55,615 bases of DNA. It comes from Candidatus Saccharimonadota bacterium (GTDB taxonomy: Bacteria > Patescibacteriota > Saccharimonadia > Saccharimonadales > EFPC-124). Both the position numbers and the translations under genes were made by a program. The notes beneath the pieces are model-generated. The model was not told the origin of the DNA. It saw nothing but the letters and a program-made list of their open reading frames with translations, and did not search any database. How positions within the stretch are numbered: the first letter of the stretch is position 1; the number at the start of each line of letters is the position of its first letter. Shown here in pieces: positions 17,912 through 27,074 of the stretch. The stretch lies in contig JARIHL010000068.1 of assembly GCA_029288315.1 (NCBI GenBank), positions 1 to 55,615 on the forward strand, read 5' to 3'.

Positions 17912-19184
17912 CGAGTCTCCCTTTTGCTGGTTCAATGCGTAATTCGGCAATATTATTATAGAATGAAAAACAAAATTAGTCCAGACCTACTATACATGCC
18001 CCTGCGCAATAGCGAGGCAAAGCAACCGTTTTAAAATCCGATTACCATCATTAAGAGCCACTACTCATAGGCTGCGACATACATAAACAAAATCCGCTCA
18101 TCAACATAAGCGGATTTGGATAATGTCATGAATAAAAGGCGGAACACCATTCCTCAAAGTCTACTCATAATACATGAAAAACTTAGAAAGCTCGATTTTA
18201 TGCCGACAACCAACTTCACTAAACAATGCGCCATACATCCTCACTGTGACCACGCATTAATCTTGAACATTACAGCGAGGGCTAGTATATAGTGAATGAT
18301 GATGGAGGTACCATTTCTACCTTCTAAAGAAAGGTTTTAAAACAATGCCTAAGTTAAACGACTTCGAACAGCGAGTCCCCGGTATTCTTGATCCGCCAGG
18401 CGTCGTAAGGCCCGATCATTACCATCGAATCGATGCGGAGTTCACTCAATTCAGAATACCCGATGATCCACTTGCGCCGGCCAGTATCCATGTCAATGTC
18501 CAACGTGCTAGCGTACTTGAACCCTTGGTTATGGGCCCCGGAAAGACACACCGAGAAAGGGACCTAAACCCGATTAAGTGGCTTTCCGGGACGCTTCGAA
18601 GGTAGTGCTCTTACCGCATGGGACTATTACCAGGAACGGCAGAGTGGTGAGAATTGGCATAGTAAATATCACGACAACTTTCTCGTTGCCCAGGAGCTAT
18701 TAAAAACTACTCTCTCTTCCGCGCCGAGATAGTCGCATGGCAGAGTTCCGGGACTTCCTAACCGAGGCAACCTATATGGTCTTCGGCCGTTTACCAACCC
18801 TTTTGCCCAACGGTTCACATACGCAGTATTGGGGACCGGACCTTGCTGATGATGTAGCGATAGTCCTTTATATGTCTTCTCGCACTATCCAGGAAGGCAG
18901 ATCGTTTTCTAAATATAGGCACGCTCACCTGGGATTAGCTTGTTCGAATGACTTACAAAGGTGAAAGAACAAATAAAAAGTTTCAGCTAATATTTCCTGA
19001 ACATTTTACCTCTGTGAGAATTGAATAATGTCATACCCGAAAGCATTCGTTCGAAATGGCGCTAGTAAGCATATTCATGATTCATGATGGTTGTATGCCG
19101 TGAGCTTCTCAATAGTAAGCTTCCATTATAGCCACAAGCAATTTGATAGGTTATTATAAGATAAGTAATTATAATAAATGGTAT

Positions 19185-20090
19185 ATGGTACGACTACCGC
19201 AACCAGGAGCTGATGAAGGGACATGGGGAGAGATCCTCAATGATTTCTTGAATGTTGAGCACAATGCTGATGGCACGCTGAAAGCCAGTGGTTCGCTCGC
19301 AAGCAAAGCTAACGATTTAGCAGTGGTACATAATACTGGCAACGAAGCTATTGCTGGCATCAAAACCTTCAACGCTTCCCCGGTTATACCCACGCCAACC
19401 GCAGCCAACCAGGCTGCAAGCAAAGGGTATGTGGATGGTGCCGTCGGCGCTGCTGATGCCACAACCAGCAGTAAAGGTGTAGTCCAGTTGTCAGGTGATT
19501 TGGGTGGCGCCGGCACTACGGCCAGTGCGCCGGTAATTAGTGATGGCGCTATCACCACAGCCAAGCTCGCTAGTGGTGCGGTCACCTCAAATGAGATTGC
19601 TGACGGTACGATTATCAATACTGATATCTCCGGCTCGGCTGCTATCGCTAAATCAAAATTAGCTAGTCTGAGCATTGTTGATGCTGACATCTCAAGCATC
19701 TCTGAGAGTAAGGTTACCAATTTAACGACCGATCTAGCAGCACGAACCACCACCACAAACGGCGGTGGCGAAATTTACTTCGATGCCGGCAATTCTGGCG
19801 CGGCAAAAACGCTTGATCTGGCCAATGGTAATGTACAAAAACTCACTTTGACTGCTAGTTGCACCATTACGCTCACCAGCCCAGCTTCAGGGGCAATGCG
19901 CTCGCTTACCTTGCTAGTGTTCCAAGATGGCACCGGATCACGCACGATCACCTGGCCTGCTTCGCTAAAATGGGGTAATGCCGGAGCACCGGTGCTAACT
20001 ACTACCGCAGCCAAAATGGACATTATTTCACTCTTCACCGTTGATGGCGGTACCAATTGGTATGGCGCACTTGGCGCTAAAGGATATTAA
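19185..20090 (+). CDS. phage tail-fibre/minor-tail-like protein (long paralog)
   Basis: The ATG at 19185 gives MVRLPQPGADEGTWGEILNDFLNVEHNADGTLKAS, paralogous to the 3853 gene. The middle carries fibre-like repeats (ITTAKLASGAVTSNEIADGTIINTDISGSAAIAKSKLASLSIVDADIS). The C-terminal half aligns with the 3853 protein (TLTASCTITLTSPASGAMRSLTLLV vs FRVTVAGNRTLSTPTNATDGMRRIWEI). Confidence 0.55.
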   Translation: MVRLPQPGADEGTWGEILNDFLNVEHNADGTLKASGSLASKANDLAVVHNTGNEAIAGIKTFNASPVIPTPTAANQAASKGYVDGAVGAADATTSSKGVVQLSGDLGGAGTTASAPVISDGAITTAKLASGAVTSNEIADGTIINTDISGSAAIAKSKLASLSIVDADISSISESKVTNLTTDLAARTTTTNGGGEIYFDAGNSGAAKTLDLANGNVQKLTLTASCTITLTSPASGAMRSLTLLVFQDGTGSRTITWPASLKWGNAGAPVLTTTAAKMDIISLFTVDGGTNWYGALGAKGY

Positions 20091-20095
20091 ATTAC

Positions 20096-20782
20096 ATGAC
20101 CAGCCTCCCTTCAGCCCGGCTGACGGCATTGCGACGGCGAGAGCAGCACCCGAACTTGCTTGGTGCTTGGGGCTTTGATGAAGGCACTGGCACAATCGCC
20201 CGTGATAGCTCAGAACATAATGCATCATTGACCGTCAGCCCCAGCTTAGCATGGGTAGCCGGGCACTCCGCCGGTACTGCTATTAGCAATACCGGCGGAG
20301 GTGGCAGTTCAGCCTACACCACCTGGACCGTCAGCGTGCCCATTACCATTATGGGTTGGGCTCGGCCTACCGATTTAACACCCGGCTCTACCCGGCCGCT
20401 TTTTGGTATTTGGGATACAAGCGACTTCTCTGGCTCCACCCAATGCGCCATCTCAGCCCAACGCGGCGATTTCGGCACACCCAATGTCTTGCAAGGCAAC
20501 GTGCGTGTTAATGGTGGGCTAGTCGAGATAGCTCACACTGCTCTCACAGTTAATACATGGTATCATCTTGCGTTATCCTATGATGGCACTACCATCCGTC
20601 TTTTTCGAGATGGATCAGAGGTTGCCACAGTCTCTATTACTGGCACAATTTTTTCAGCTGCCTATTTCTTTGCGGTAGTTCCAGGTCCCACAAACGCACA
20701 GGTTGATGACGCCCGGGTGTTTAATGCCGCGCTCACTGCCGCTCAAGTCGCCGCCTTTATGGGTGATCCAGTAGCACCATAA
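20096..20782 (+). CDS. LamG (Laminin_G_3-like) domain protein
   Basis: WYHLALSYDGTTIRLFRDGSEV ... VDDARVFNAALTAAQV is the classic LamG_3 ending (compare iDevriynraLsaaei). It starts 5 nt after the fibre-like gene, the same arrangement as 3853/4477. Confidence 0.7.
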   Translation: MTSLPSARLTALRRREQHPNLLGAWGFDEGTGTIARDSSEHNASLTVSPSLAWVAGHSAGTAISNTGGGGSSAYTTWTVSVPITIMGWARPTDLTPGSTRPLFGIWDTSDFSGSTQCAISAQRGDFGTPNVLQGNVRVNGGLVEIAHTALTVNTWYHLALSYDGTTIRLFRDGSEVATVSITGTIFSAAYFFAVVPGPTNAQVDDARVFNAALTAAQVAAFMGDPVAP

Positions 20783-20885
20783 CCTATGCAAAGAAGTTTG
20801 CTCAAGTTGCCATAGAAGCCTCTGGCAGCTGTACTGCTTTTCGGTTACAACAGGGAAAACTGTCAACATGGTAGCCAATTGGTGA

Positions 20886-21236
20886 ACCACCTATCCTCCC
20901 AAAGACCTAGAAGAGAAAAGAGCCAAGAAAGAAACTCAGCGACCAGCCGATTTAGCACGCGTACTGGACAGGGCTAGACATTTCGCCGAAAACCTTGATC
21001 AGTTACTCATTCAACAGATTGACCCAATCAAAAAAGCTCGTCTTTTTGGTGTAATTTTTGATCGCACACCAACCTATGATGATTTGCAACTTGGAAACAC
21101 GAAAACACCCCTTTTTACAGGGGTGAATCCGTTCTTCCAAAAATCTATTATGGTGAGCCTGCGGAGCAAAAACTGGAACACTTTGCAGGCAAGCTTGGAT
21201 CGCTTGGACAGCCAGATTACAAAACTAGGATTTTAA
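20886..21236 (+). pseudogene. 5'-truncated remnant of a recombinase/integrase-like gene (copy 1) ending in a tRNA 3'-end fragment
   Basis: Open frame without a start codon: ...FAENLDQLLIQQIDPIKKARLFGVIFDRTPTYDDLQLGNTKTPLFTGVNPFFQ... Positions 21018-21156 repeat at 26765-26920, including tatggtga(g/c)cc, which in copy 2 is the 3' end of tRNA-Glu. Assignment to a recombinase is from memory of similar tRNA-overlapping C-termini and is not verified. Confidence 0.45.
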
Positions 21237-22112
21237 GGCTGTTTCACTGCCAATTTTCCAAATACCCTTCTCACGGAAGGCTGGAATAGTCTGGCGACGC
21301 GCAGCATTTAAAAGCGAGTTCGCAGACTCGCCAGCTCGCTTTGCATAGTCAGTTAGAGCGATTATCTCTTGGCCTTCCAGATACGTGATGCGCTTATGTA
21401 AAGATTCCATAAGCGAAAGCGCCAGCAAGCCATCGAGCTTTTCAGTGCCTTTACTATCTTGATAGGACTGGAAGGCTGGATAGTAGTAATCACGTTTACC
21501 CTTATTGCGAATAATCACTGGCGGATAACCATGAAGCATTAGCTGCATGTTAATAAGTACGCGACCAATGCGGCCATTGCCATCAACGAAGGGGTGGATG
21601 CGTTCAAATTCAAGATGGAAGCGCGAAATACGATCGAGGAAATAGTCATCATGTGAGCTTTCGTAGTCTGTCAAAAGATTATCAAGAAGCTGCTCTATAT
21701 GTTCCGGCGCTGGTGCGATGTGGCTACCAACCCGAACGTACTCGTGCGAAGCGCGAAATCTGCCGGCAATCTTGTCGTCAATACCACCAATGAGCATATG
21801 ATGTAAGAGTAAAATGGCTTCCTTATCAAGCTTAATGTCCGGTTTATTGCGAATATATTCTGTGACGCGTGCCAGGTTTTTCGCCTCAAATAGCTCACGT
21901 ACACTTATATTACGAGCAACTTCCAGCTCAAGCAGAATACGCTCAGTTTCTTGTAGTGTGAGTGTCGAGTTTTCAATAGCGTTTGAGTTATACACAAGCT
22001 CAGGAACTTCGACTTCGTCAATCATGACAAGCAGAGAACTTTTGCCATTCCTGAGCTGCTCGTATACTTGTTTAAGCTGCTTAATTCTAGACTTATTGTA
22101 GTAACTTATCAT
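21225..22112 (-). CDS. Fic-family protein (AMPylase type) with an N-terminal autoinhibitory motif
   Basis: Fic core HPFVDGNGRIGR (HxFx[D/E]GNGRxxR). The upstream SNAIEN matches the (S/T)xxxE(G/N) inhibitory helix motif of class II Fic proteins. Confidence 0.9.
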   Translation of the reverse strand: MISYYNKSRIKQLKQVYEQLRNGKSSLLVMIDEVEVPELVYNSNAIENSTLTLQETERILLELEVARNISVRELFEAKNLARVTEYIRNKPDIKLDKEAILLLHHMLIGGIDDKIAGRFRASHEYVRVGSHIAPAPEHIEQLLDNLLTDYESSHDDYFLDRISRFHLEFERIHPFVDGNGRIGRVLINMQLMLHGYPPVIIRNKGKRDYYYPAFQSYQDSKGTEKLDGLLALSLMESLHKRITYLEGQEIIALTDYAKRAGESANSLLNAARRQTIPAFREKGIWKIGSETALKS

Positions 22113-22149
22113 GCTAACAGTATAACAAATTAACGCTAAAACATCAATA

Positions 22150-22189
22150 AATCGTTAATATTACGTTAAAACGTACCGAATTAACGATT
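22150..22189. promoter_or_regulatory. inverted repeat in the Fic upstream region (candidate operator)
   Basis: AATCGTTAAT-N20-ATTAACGATT, plus further TTAACG/CGTTAA hexamers at 22130 and 22164. It lies 38-77 nt upstream of the Fic start. Confidence 0.3.
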
Positions 22190-22644
22190 CTGCTGCACCC
22201 AAACCATCTAACAAAATGCAGAATACACATTAGGCAATTGTATTAGATTTTATAGCCTACACTATGCCACGGCTTCTGGAGAATCAAAATCTTTACAAAG
22301 ATGAAAGATTCTCTTACGAACTCACTACATATCAGGCGGAACACCATTTTCAGTAGGAATCTTCAACTCTGAGACAGCACGAAAGCCCAGTAAATAGTAC
22401 GGATCTCGATATCATAAAAAGGGCATAATAAGCATGATCGCTTCTGTCGCACGCCAAAGACAAACTAGATATTGATGTAATACTTGCAATGGTGAACCTT
22501 GAGCCTTCGATTTATAACCAAATAGTGGTGGAAATAGTGCGTTGGAATGATGTTATCCGTAATACTGGCAAGCAGTCCAATCTGTTACAGCTAAGCTAGT
22601 GTGTTTATAGTATTCCCCTGTATTGAATAGAACCCTCTTGAAAT

Positions 22645-22665
22645 GGAAAACCCCGCGAAACGGGG
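22645..22665 (-). terminator. GC hairpin plus T-run terminator of the small high-GC gene
   Basis: ccccg-cgaaa-cgggg directly abuts the TGA at 22666-22668. On the minus strand it is followed by TTTTCC. Confidence 0.6.
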
Positions 22666-23013
22666 TCACCATGATGGTGTTGCCGTTGCGGGGCTAGCTC
22701 GTTGATACCCTGTCACGGACTCCGAGAAGTGGAAGACGATGCGCGAGATGTTCTTCACGCTGTCGACGTCGACCTTGACGGTGACCTGAGCGGGTTTGAG
22801 GTGGAGACGCTGGGCGATCAGATTCGTGATCCTGGTCCCTATGACATTGAATATCACGATGGGATCCTGATCCGACTTGCGCCACTCTGCCCACTTGTTG
22901 ATCGAGATGCCATTCGCACGAAGCGAGGGAGCGTCGTTGATCGGTGCGACTGTGGTGCCACGCTTCTTCTTCAACCTGTTGGCGACGACGGCGATGGCTT
23001 TGTCGGCGATCAC
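22666..23013 (-). CDS. hypothetical protein on a roughly 400-bp high-GC patch
   Basis: 115-aa ORF with a GTG start. The frame stays open further upstream to about 23050. The sense frame has normal amino-acid usage, whereas the overlapping frames are D/G/R-rich antisense-type. Only a faint resemblance to Asp23/Gls24-type proteins (VIADKAIAVVA ... VTVKVDVDSV), not trusted. Confidence 0.4.
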   Translation of the reverse strand: MIADKAIAVVANRLKKKRGTTVAPINDAPSLRANGISINKWAEWRKSDQDPIVIFNVIGTRITNLIAQRLHLKPAQVTVKVDVDSVKNISRIVFHFSESVTGYQRASPATATPSW

Positions 23014-23058
23014 TGTGACGAAGTCGTCCTCGAGATTTATACATTCTACCCTTGAGAT

Positions 23059-23292
23059 ATGAGTAATCCGGATGAAACAAAACTATTAAAGGCTTTTGGC
23101 AAGCGAATTGCTGAAGTCCGGAAAAGCAAAAACGTAACTCAAAGCGATCTAGCAGAACGCGTTAATATGAGTGTCGTCACTATTGCATACATAGAAACTG
23201 GCAAGCGGTGGGTGCGCCTAAGCACTTTGGACAAAATAGCAAAAGCACTCAAGGTAGACATTGCTGACCTGCTCAAAGGAGTAAAGGGCTAG
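23059..23292 (+). CDS. XRE-family helix-turn-helix transcriptional regulator
   Basis: FGKRIAEVRKSKNVTQSDLAERVNMSVVTIAYIETGKR is the canonical Cro/C1-type HTH. 77 aa. Confidence 0.85.
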   Translation: MSNPDETKLLKAFGKRIAEVRKSKNVTQSDLAERVNMSVVTIAYIETGKRWVRLSTLDKIAKALKVDIADLLKGVKG

Positions 23293-23335
23293 TTGGCTTA
23301 CAGTTTAGTCTAGGGTAACATTAGTCGGTTACGGA

Positions 23336-24130
23336 TCACTTTTTCCATATCAGCGTCCCAATAAGCAGCGAGAGGGCTGTTAGGACGATAGCACCACCGG
23401 CGGCGGCTCCTGCATAAAACGCAATGATCAGACCGGCAACAACCGACAGCAGGGCAAAGACAATAGCATAGCGCATGGTAGCGCCGAAGCCAGTACTGAA
23501 ACGACTAGCCGTCACGACCGGCATAACGAGGATTGCACTAATTAGCAGGCCACCGACGATACGCAGCGACAAAACAACGATGGCCGCTGTAAGGGCTACG
23601 GTTACATAATTGAGTAATTCGACGCGCTTTCCGGCAATACGCGCACTGTCTTCATCGTATGAAATATGGAGCAGAGTCCGATAATTACGACTTACGAACA
23701 CAACTACCAATAGGCTAATTATGGCCAAGGTAATAACGTCGCTCAGAGTAGTTGTAGTGATACTGCCAAACAAATAACTGCTAAAGTCGGTATTTGCACC
23801 GCGCGCCAGATTAGCAAACACTATAGCGAGCGCCAAACCGCTGCTCATAAGAATCGCAAGGCTGACATCACCGCTGATACGCCGTTTCTGGCGTAACCAT
23901 TCGAGTAGTAAGGCACCAGCAACCGTGACTGGTATAGCCATGTATATCGGAGTTAGGCCCAGCAACAAGCCCGCTCCGACCCCAGCCAAGCTGACATGCG
24001 CCAGACTATCGCTGATCAAAGCATAGCGGCGAGCAACCAAAAAACTGCCGAGCATCGGTACTACGAGCGCTACTAATATCCCCGCGATGAGCGCCCGCAC
24101 CATGAACGAATACTGAAAAATCTCAAGCAT
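23336..24130 (-). CDS. znuB: metal (Zn/Mn) ABC transporter permease
   Basis: 264-aa polytopic protein of the ABC-3 family (FMVRALIAGILVAL..., SDSLAHVSLAGVG). It overlaps the upstream ATPase gene by 8 nt. Confidence 0.8.
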   Translation of the reverse strand: MLEIFQYSFMVRALIAGILVALVVPMLGSFLVARRYALISDSLAHVSLAGVGAGLLLGLTPIYMAIPVTVAGALLLEWLRQKRRISGDVSLAILMSSGLALAIVFANLARGANTDFSSYLFGSITTTTLSDVITLAIISLLVVVFVSRNYRTLLHISYDEDSARIAGKRVELLNYVTVALTAAIVVLSLRIVGGLLISAILVMPVVTASRFSTGFGATMRYAIVFALLSVVAGLIIAFYAGAAAGGAIVLTALSLLIGTLIWKK

Positions 24131-24815
24131 GGCCGTCTCCGTACTGGTGATGCAACTTCAGATGATATTTCGCATATGCTCCAGGTAGGTACTTATCCGC
24201 CTCAAAATGTTCCGGCGGCCCATCATACAAAACCGTACGGTTCAGGCAAATAACGCGTGTCACTAGTTTCGAGACCGTATCTACCTCATGCGACACCATG
24301 ATAATAGTCGTGCCCTCGGCGTGCAGATAGCGGAGAAGGTTATAAAACTCTGTCTGACTATGCTCATCTACGCCCGCCGTGGGCTCGTCTAGAATTAGAA
24401 CATTAGCACTCCCCGCAAGTGCTTTGGCAATGCTAACGCGCTGCTGCTGGCCGCCGGAAAGTTCAGTAAATCGTTTGTGAGCGTAAGCTTCCATATGTAC
24501 GGAAGTAAGAGCCCGCGTGGCTTTCGCCTTTGAGCCCTCGGCACCCAGCATCACTACTTCGAGCACGCTGACCGGCACGGTACCGTTATACAGGTTGCCC
24601 CGCTGCGGCACATAACCCAGTATCGTATCGTGCCGGGTAATCGTGCCCGTAGTTGGTTTTAACAGTCCAAGCACTGCGCGTAGTAGTGTTGTCTTGCCCG
24701 CGCCATTCGGGCCAATCAAGCCAATGAATTCGCCGCTATGCACACAGCAAGAGACAGTATCAAGTACTGTCTCTGTGCCGTAGCGCACGCTTACATTATC
24801 TATGTCTAGCTGCAT
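24123..24815 (-). CDS. znuC: metal ABC transporter ATP-binding protein
   Basis: Walker A GPNGAGKTT, signature LSGGQQQRV, Walker B LILDEP. I chose the ATG at 24815 (MQLDIDNVSVRYG), 4 nt after the znuA stop, rather than the longer overlapping ORF. Confidence 0.85.
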   Translation of the reverse strand: MQLDIDNVSVRYGTETVLDTVSCCVHSGEFIGLIGPNGAGKTTLLRAVLGLLKPTTGTITRHDTILGYVPQRGNLYNGTVPVSVLEVVMLGAEGSKAKATRALTSVHMEAYAHKRFTELSGGQQQRVSIAKALAGSANVLILDEPTAGVDEHSQTEFYNLLRYLHAEGTTIIMVSHEVDTVSKLVTRVICLNRTVLYDGPPEHFEADKYLPGAYAKYHLKLHHQYGDGHA

Positions 24816-24819
24816 TGAT

Positions 24820-25740
24820 TTATTGACATGCCAAGGATGTGCGGAGGTTTTGGAGGTTTTCCCGCTGGACACTGAGGTAGTTTTTGCCTTGTTTTTGATC
24901 TGCATCACTTAATCCTTCAATCGGGTCGAATACCAATGTTTTTGCACCTGTCTCGGAAGCAATCGTATCAGCCAGCCGTGGACTAACGAGGCTTTCAAAG
25001 AACACGTAGTTAATGCCTTTATCCTTTACCAACTGACTTAACTCGGCTAGTTTGGCGGCACTTGGTTCTTCTTCCGGGCTTAATCCGGCGATAGACGCTA
25101 TATCAAGATTATACCGTTTACCCAGGTAAGAAAAGGCGTCGTGAGAACTAATAACCGTGCGGAGTTTACACTGACTGAGACCACTGCGGAAATCATCGTC
25201 AAGTTTAGCAAGTTGCGCCTTATAGTCACTAGCGTTCTTGGCATAGAAGTCTTGGTTTGCAGGGTCGGCCTTGCTAAAGCCGTCGCGGATATTGTCTACA
25301 ATTTTTTGAGCTAGTACAGGGTCGAGCCAGAAGTGCGGGTCTTGCACTTTCTCGGCAGGATTATCTTCGGCTTCCGCACTTAATAGGTCAATGCCGTCGC
25401 TTGCCTTAACGGGGGTATTTTTGTAGTCATGGAGGAATCCGCTTACCCACGGTTCCATGTAGCCGCCGTTATAAACGAACACTGGGGCTTTCTGAGCATC
25501 GGCTAATGCTTTTGCGGATGGTTCGTAATCATGTGGCTCGCTGCCTGCAGGTGTCATATTACTCACCAACACCTTGTCCTTGCCGACATTCTTTGCAAAG
25601 TCATATAGCGGATAATATGAGGCTACGACGCGTAACTTATCGTTACTGCTACTGCCTGTACTGTTGTATTTGGTGGCATATACCACGCCCGCTACTACAA
25701 CGAGTAACAGCACGAGGCTTGCCAAGATTTTCTTAGTCAT
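24820..25740 (-). CDS. znuA: metal ABC transporter substrate-binding protein (TroA/ZnuA family)
   Basis: Signal/lipobox-like N-terminus. Motifs: GSEPHDYEPS and DPHFWLDP (metal-ligand histidines), plus SHDAFSYL. Confidence 0.85.
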   Translation of the reverse strand: MTKKILASLVLLLVVVAGVVYATKYNSTGSSSNDKLRVVASYYPLYDFAKNVGKDKVLVSNMTPAGSEPHDYEPSAKALADAQKAPVFVYNGGYMEPWVSGFLHDYKNTPVKASDGIDLLSAEAEDNPAEKVQDPHFWLDPVLAQKIVDNIRDGFSKADPANQDFYAKNASDYKAQLAKLDDDFRSGLSQCKLRTVISSHDAFSYLGKRYNLDIASIAGLSPEEEPSAAKLAELSQLVKDKGINYVFFESLVSPRLADTIASETGAKTLVFDPIEGLSDADQKQGKNYLSVQRENLQNLRTSLACQ

Positions 25741-25803
25741 TTGATACCTTTCTCATGGTTTTCATGTCATTATTCTAGATAAGCTCATAAAATACTGCAA
25801 ATT

Positions 25804-25833
25804 TGTCGCAATTTATGATATAATTTTGCGTCA
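25804..25833. promoter_or_regulatory. candidate Zur/Fur operator in the znuA-zur divergent region
   Basis: Imperfect inverted repeat TGTCGCAA-N14-TTGCGTCA in an AT-rich spacer, overlapping the zur start. It does not match any Zur box consensus I can recall exactly. Confidence 0.25.
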
Positions 25834-26378
25834 TGACAGATGAATCATTGCGATTACTACAAAAGGTATTGAAAAATAACAAATACAGCCTAACCGAACC
25901 TCGCCGGGTTGTATGCAGTTTGCTCTGGAACGCAGAGCCGCTATCCATGCACGAACTCAGTGAGCGTTCAAAAGGCTTGATTGACCGCGCAAGTTTGTAT
26001 CGTACGGTCGAACTATTTGAAAAACTCGGCTTAGTGCAGCGCATCTATATCGGTTGGAAGTACAAGATTGAACTGAGCGACGTTTTAACGCATCACCATC
26101 ACCACATTAGTTGTCTAGATTGCGGCAAAATTGTTGCCATTACTGAGGAGGAAGAAATCGAGGCCATGATTGATAGCATTGCGCAGCGACATGGCTTTGT
26201 TGCAGCCAATCACCAATTGGAAGTCCGGGGATATTGCGCGGCATGTAGTAAGCAGCGTGACATTAACTATAGCAACCCCAAAACAAAACCCCACTTAACC
26301 AACCTCATCGCTTTGCGGATGAGCGACCGGCTGGAGGCCTTGGGCATCGATCAGGATATGGAGGAGCGCAATGTTTAG
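25833..26378 (+). CDS. zur: Fur-family metalloregulator (probable Zur) with a C-terminal extension of about 35 aa
   Basis: Winged-helix N-terminus (RRVVCSLLWNAEPLSMHEL), HHHHHISCLDCGK and GYCAACSK (two CxxC pairs). It is divergent from znuABC. The stop overlaps the next gene's start (ATGTTTAG). Confidence 0.8.
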   Translation: MTDESLRLLQKVLKNNKYSLTEPRRVVCSLLWNAEPLSMHELSERSKGLIDRASLYRTVELFEKLGLVQRIYIGWKYKIELSDVLTHHHHHISCLDCGKIVAITEEEEIEAMIDSIAQRHGFVAANHQLEVRGYCAACSKQRDINYSNPKTKPHLTNLIALRMSDRLEALGIDQDMEERNV

Positions 26379-26769
26379 ACGCTTCGGAGCCAAAGTGAAC
26401 GTAAGCGGCTTGTTCAGCTCCGGGCTATACGACCAGAATACATTCTATAAAGCCTTCATCCAAGACTTGCATACGTGCCAGGGCGAAGTCATTATTGAAA
26501 GTCCGTTTATAACTGGCAATAGAATCGCCAGTTTACTTCCCATTTTTAGCAAAATGAGAAGTCGAGGTATAAGTATGACCGTCAATACGCGCCACCCTGC
26601 AACTCACGAGACACCGTTTGATGATCAAGCCAATGCAGCAATAACAGAACTGCAAAGTTTAGGTGTAAATGTACTATTTACAGGCGGCCATCACCGTAAG
26701 TTGGCGATCCTTGACCAGCGAATACTATGGGAGGGCAGCCTCAACATATTGTCTCAAAATGATAATTGA
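26371..26769 (+). CDS. PLD-superfamily (HKD) nuclease-like protein, probably 3'-truncated
   Basis: HKD motif GGHHRKLAILDQRILWEGSLNILS (HxKx4Dx6GSxN). The ORF ends exactly where the repeated recombinase remnant begins (26765). Confidence 0.6.
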   Translation: MFRRFGAKVNVSGLFSSGLYDQNTFYKAFIQDLHTCQGEVIIESPFITGNRIASLLPIFSKMRSRGISMTVNTRHPATHETPFDDQANAAITELQSLGVNVLFTGGHHRKLAILDQRILWEGSLNILSQNDN

Positions 26770-26912
26770 CCCGATCAAAAAAGCCCGTCTTTTTGGTGTC
26801 ATTTTTGACCGCACCCCAACCTACGCAGATTTACAACTTGGAAACACGAAAACACCCCTTTTTACAGGGGTGAATCCGTTCTTTCAGCTATTGAAAAATG
26901 AAAAATCTCTTA
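26765..26912 (+). pseudogene. recombinase/integrase-like 3' remnant (copy 2) abutting tRNA-Glu
   Basis: Encodes DPIKKARLFGVIFDRTPTYADLQLGNTKTPLFTGVNPFFQ. Differences from copy 1 are almost all synonymous third-position changes. The reading frame runs on into the antisense of the tRNA (..VTPRGIEPLLPG). Confidence 0.5.
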
Positions 26913-26987
<75 letters not shown>

Positions 26988-27074
26988 AAATATAGTAATT
27001 TGACAGAGTGGATTATAACAAAAACAGAGAGGATGTTAAAGGTCTGTTCGGCCTAGGTGCTGATGCAAGGTTGC

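Noticed and set aside
18345-18964. A possible gene or pseudogene. The plus-frame 86-aa ORF continues in another frame (..FPGRFEGSALTAWDYYQERQSGENWHSKYHDNFLVAQELLKTTL) and then into a 75-aa ORF. A minus-strand 65-aa ORF also looks protein-like.
   Set aside because: I could not decide strand or family by eye. Several frame breaks and no SD suggest a decayed remnant, so it is not reported as a feature.
22620-23060. Weak direct similarity of the flanks of the 400-bp high-GC patch (accctcttgaaat vs acccttgagatat) as an insertion footprint.
   Set aside because: Only about 9 scattered matches with gaps, which cannot be distinguished from chance.
1708-25786. Shared 11-mer tagataagctc upstream of genes 1269-1688 and znuA as a common promoter or operator element.
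   Set aside because: Many 11-mer repeats are expected by chance in 55 kb of AT-rich sequence, and the two contexts have no further similarity.
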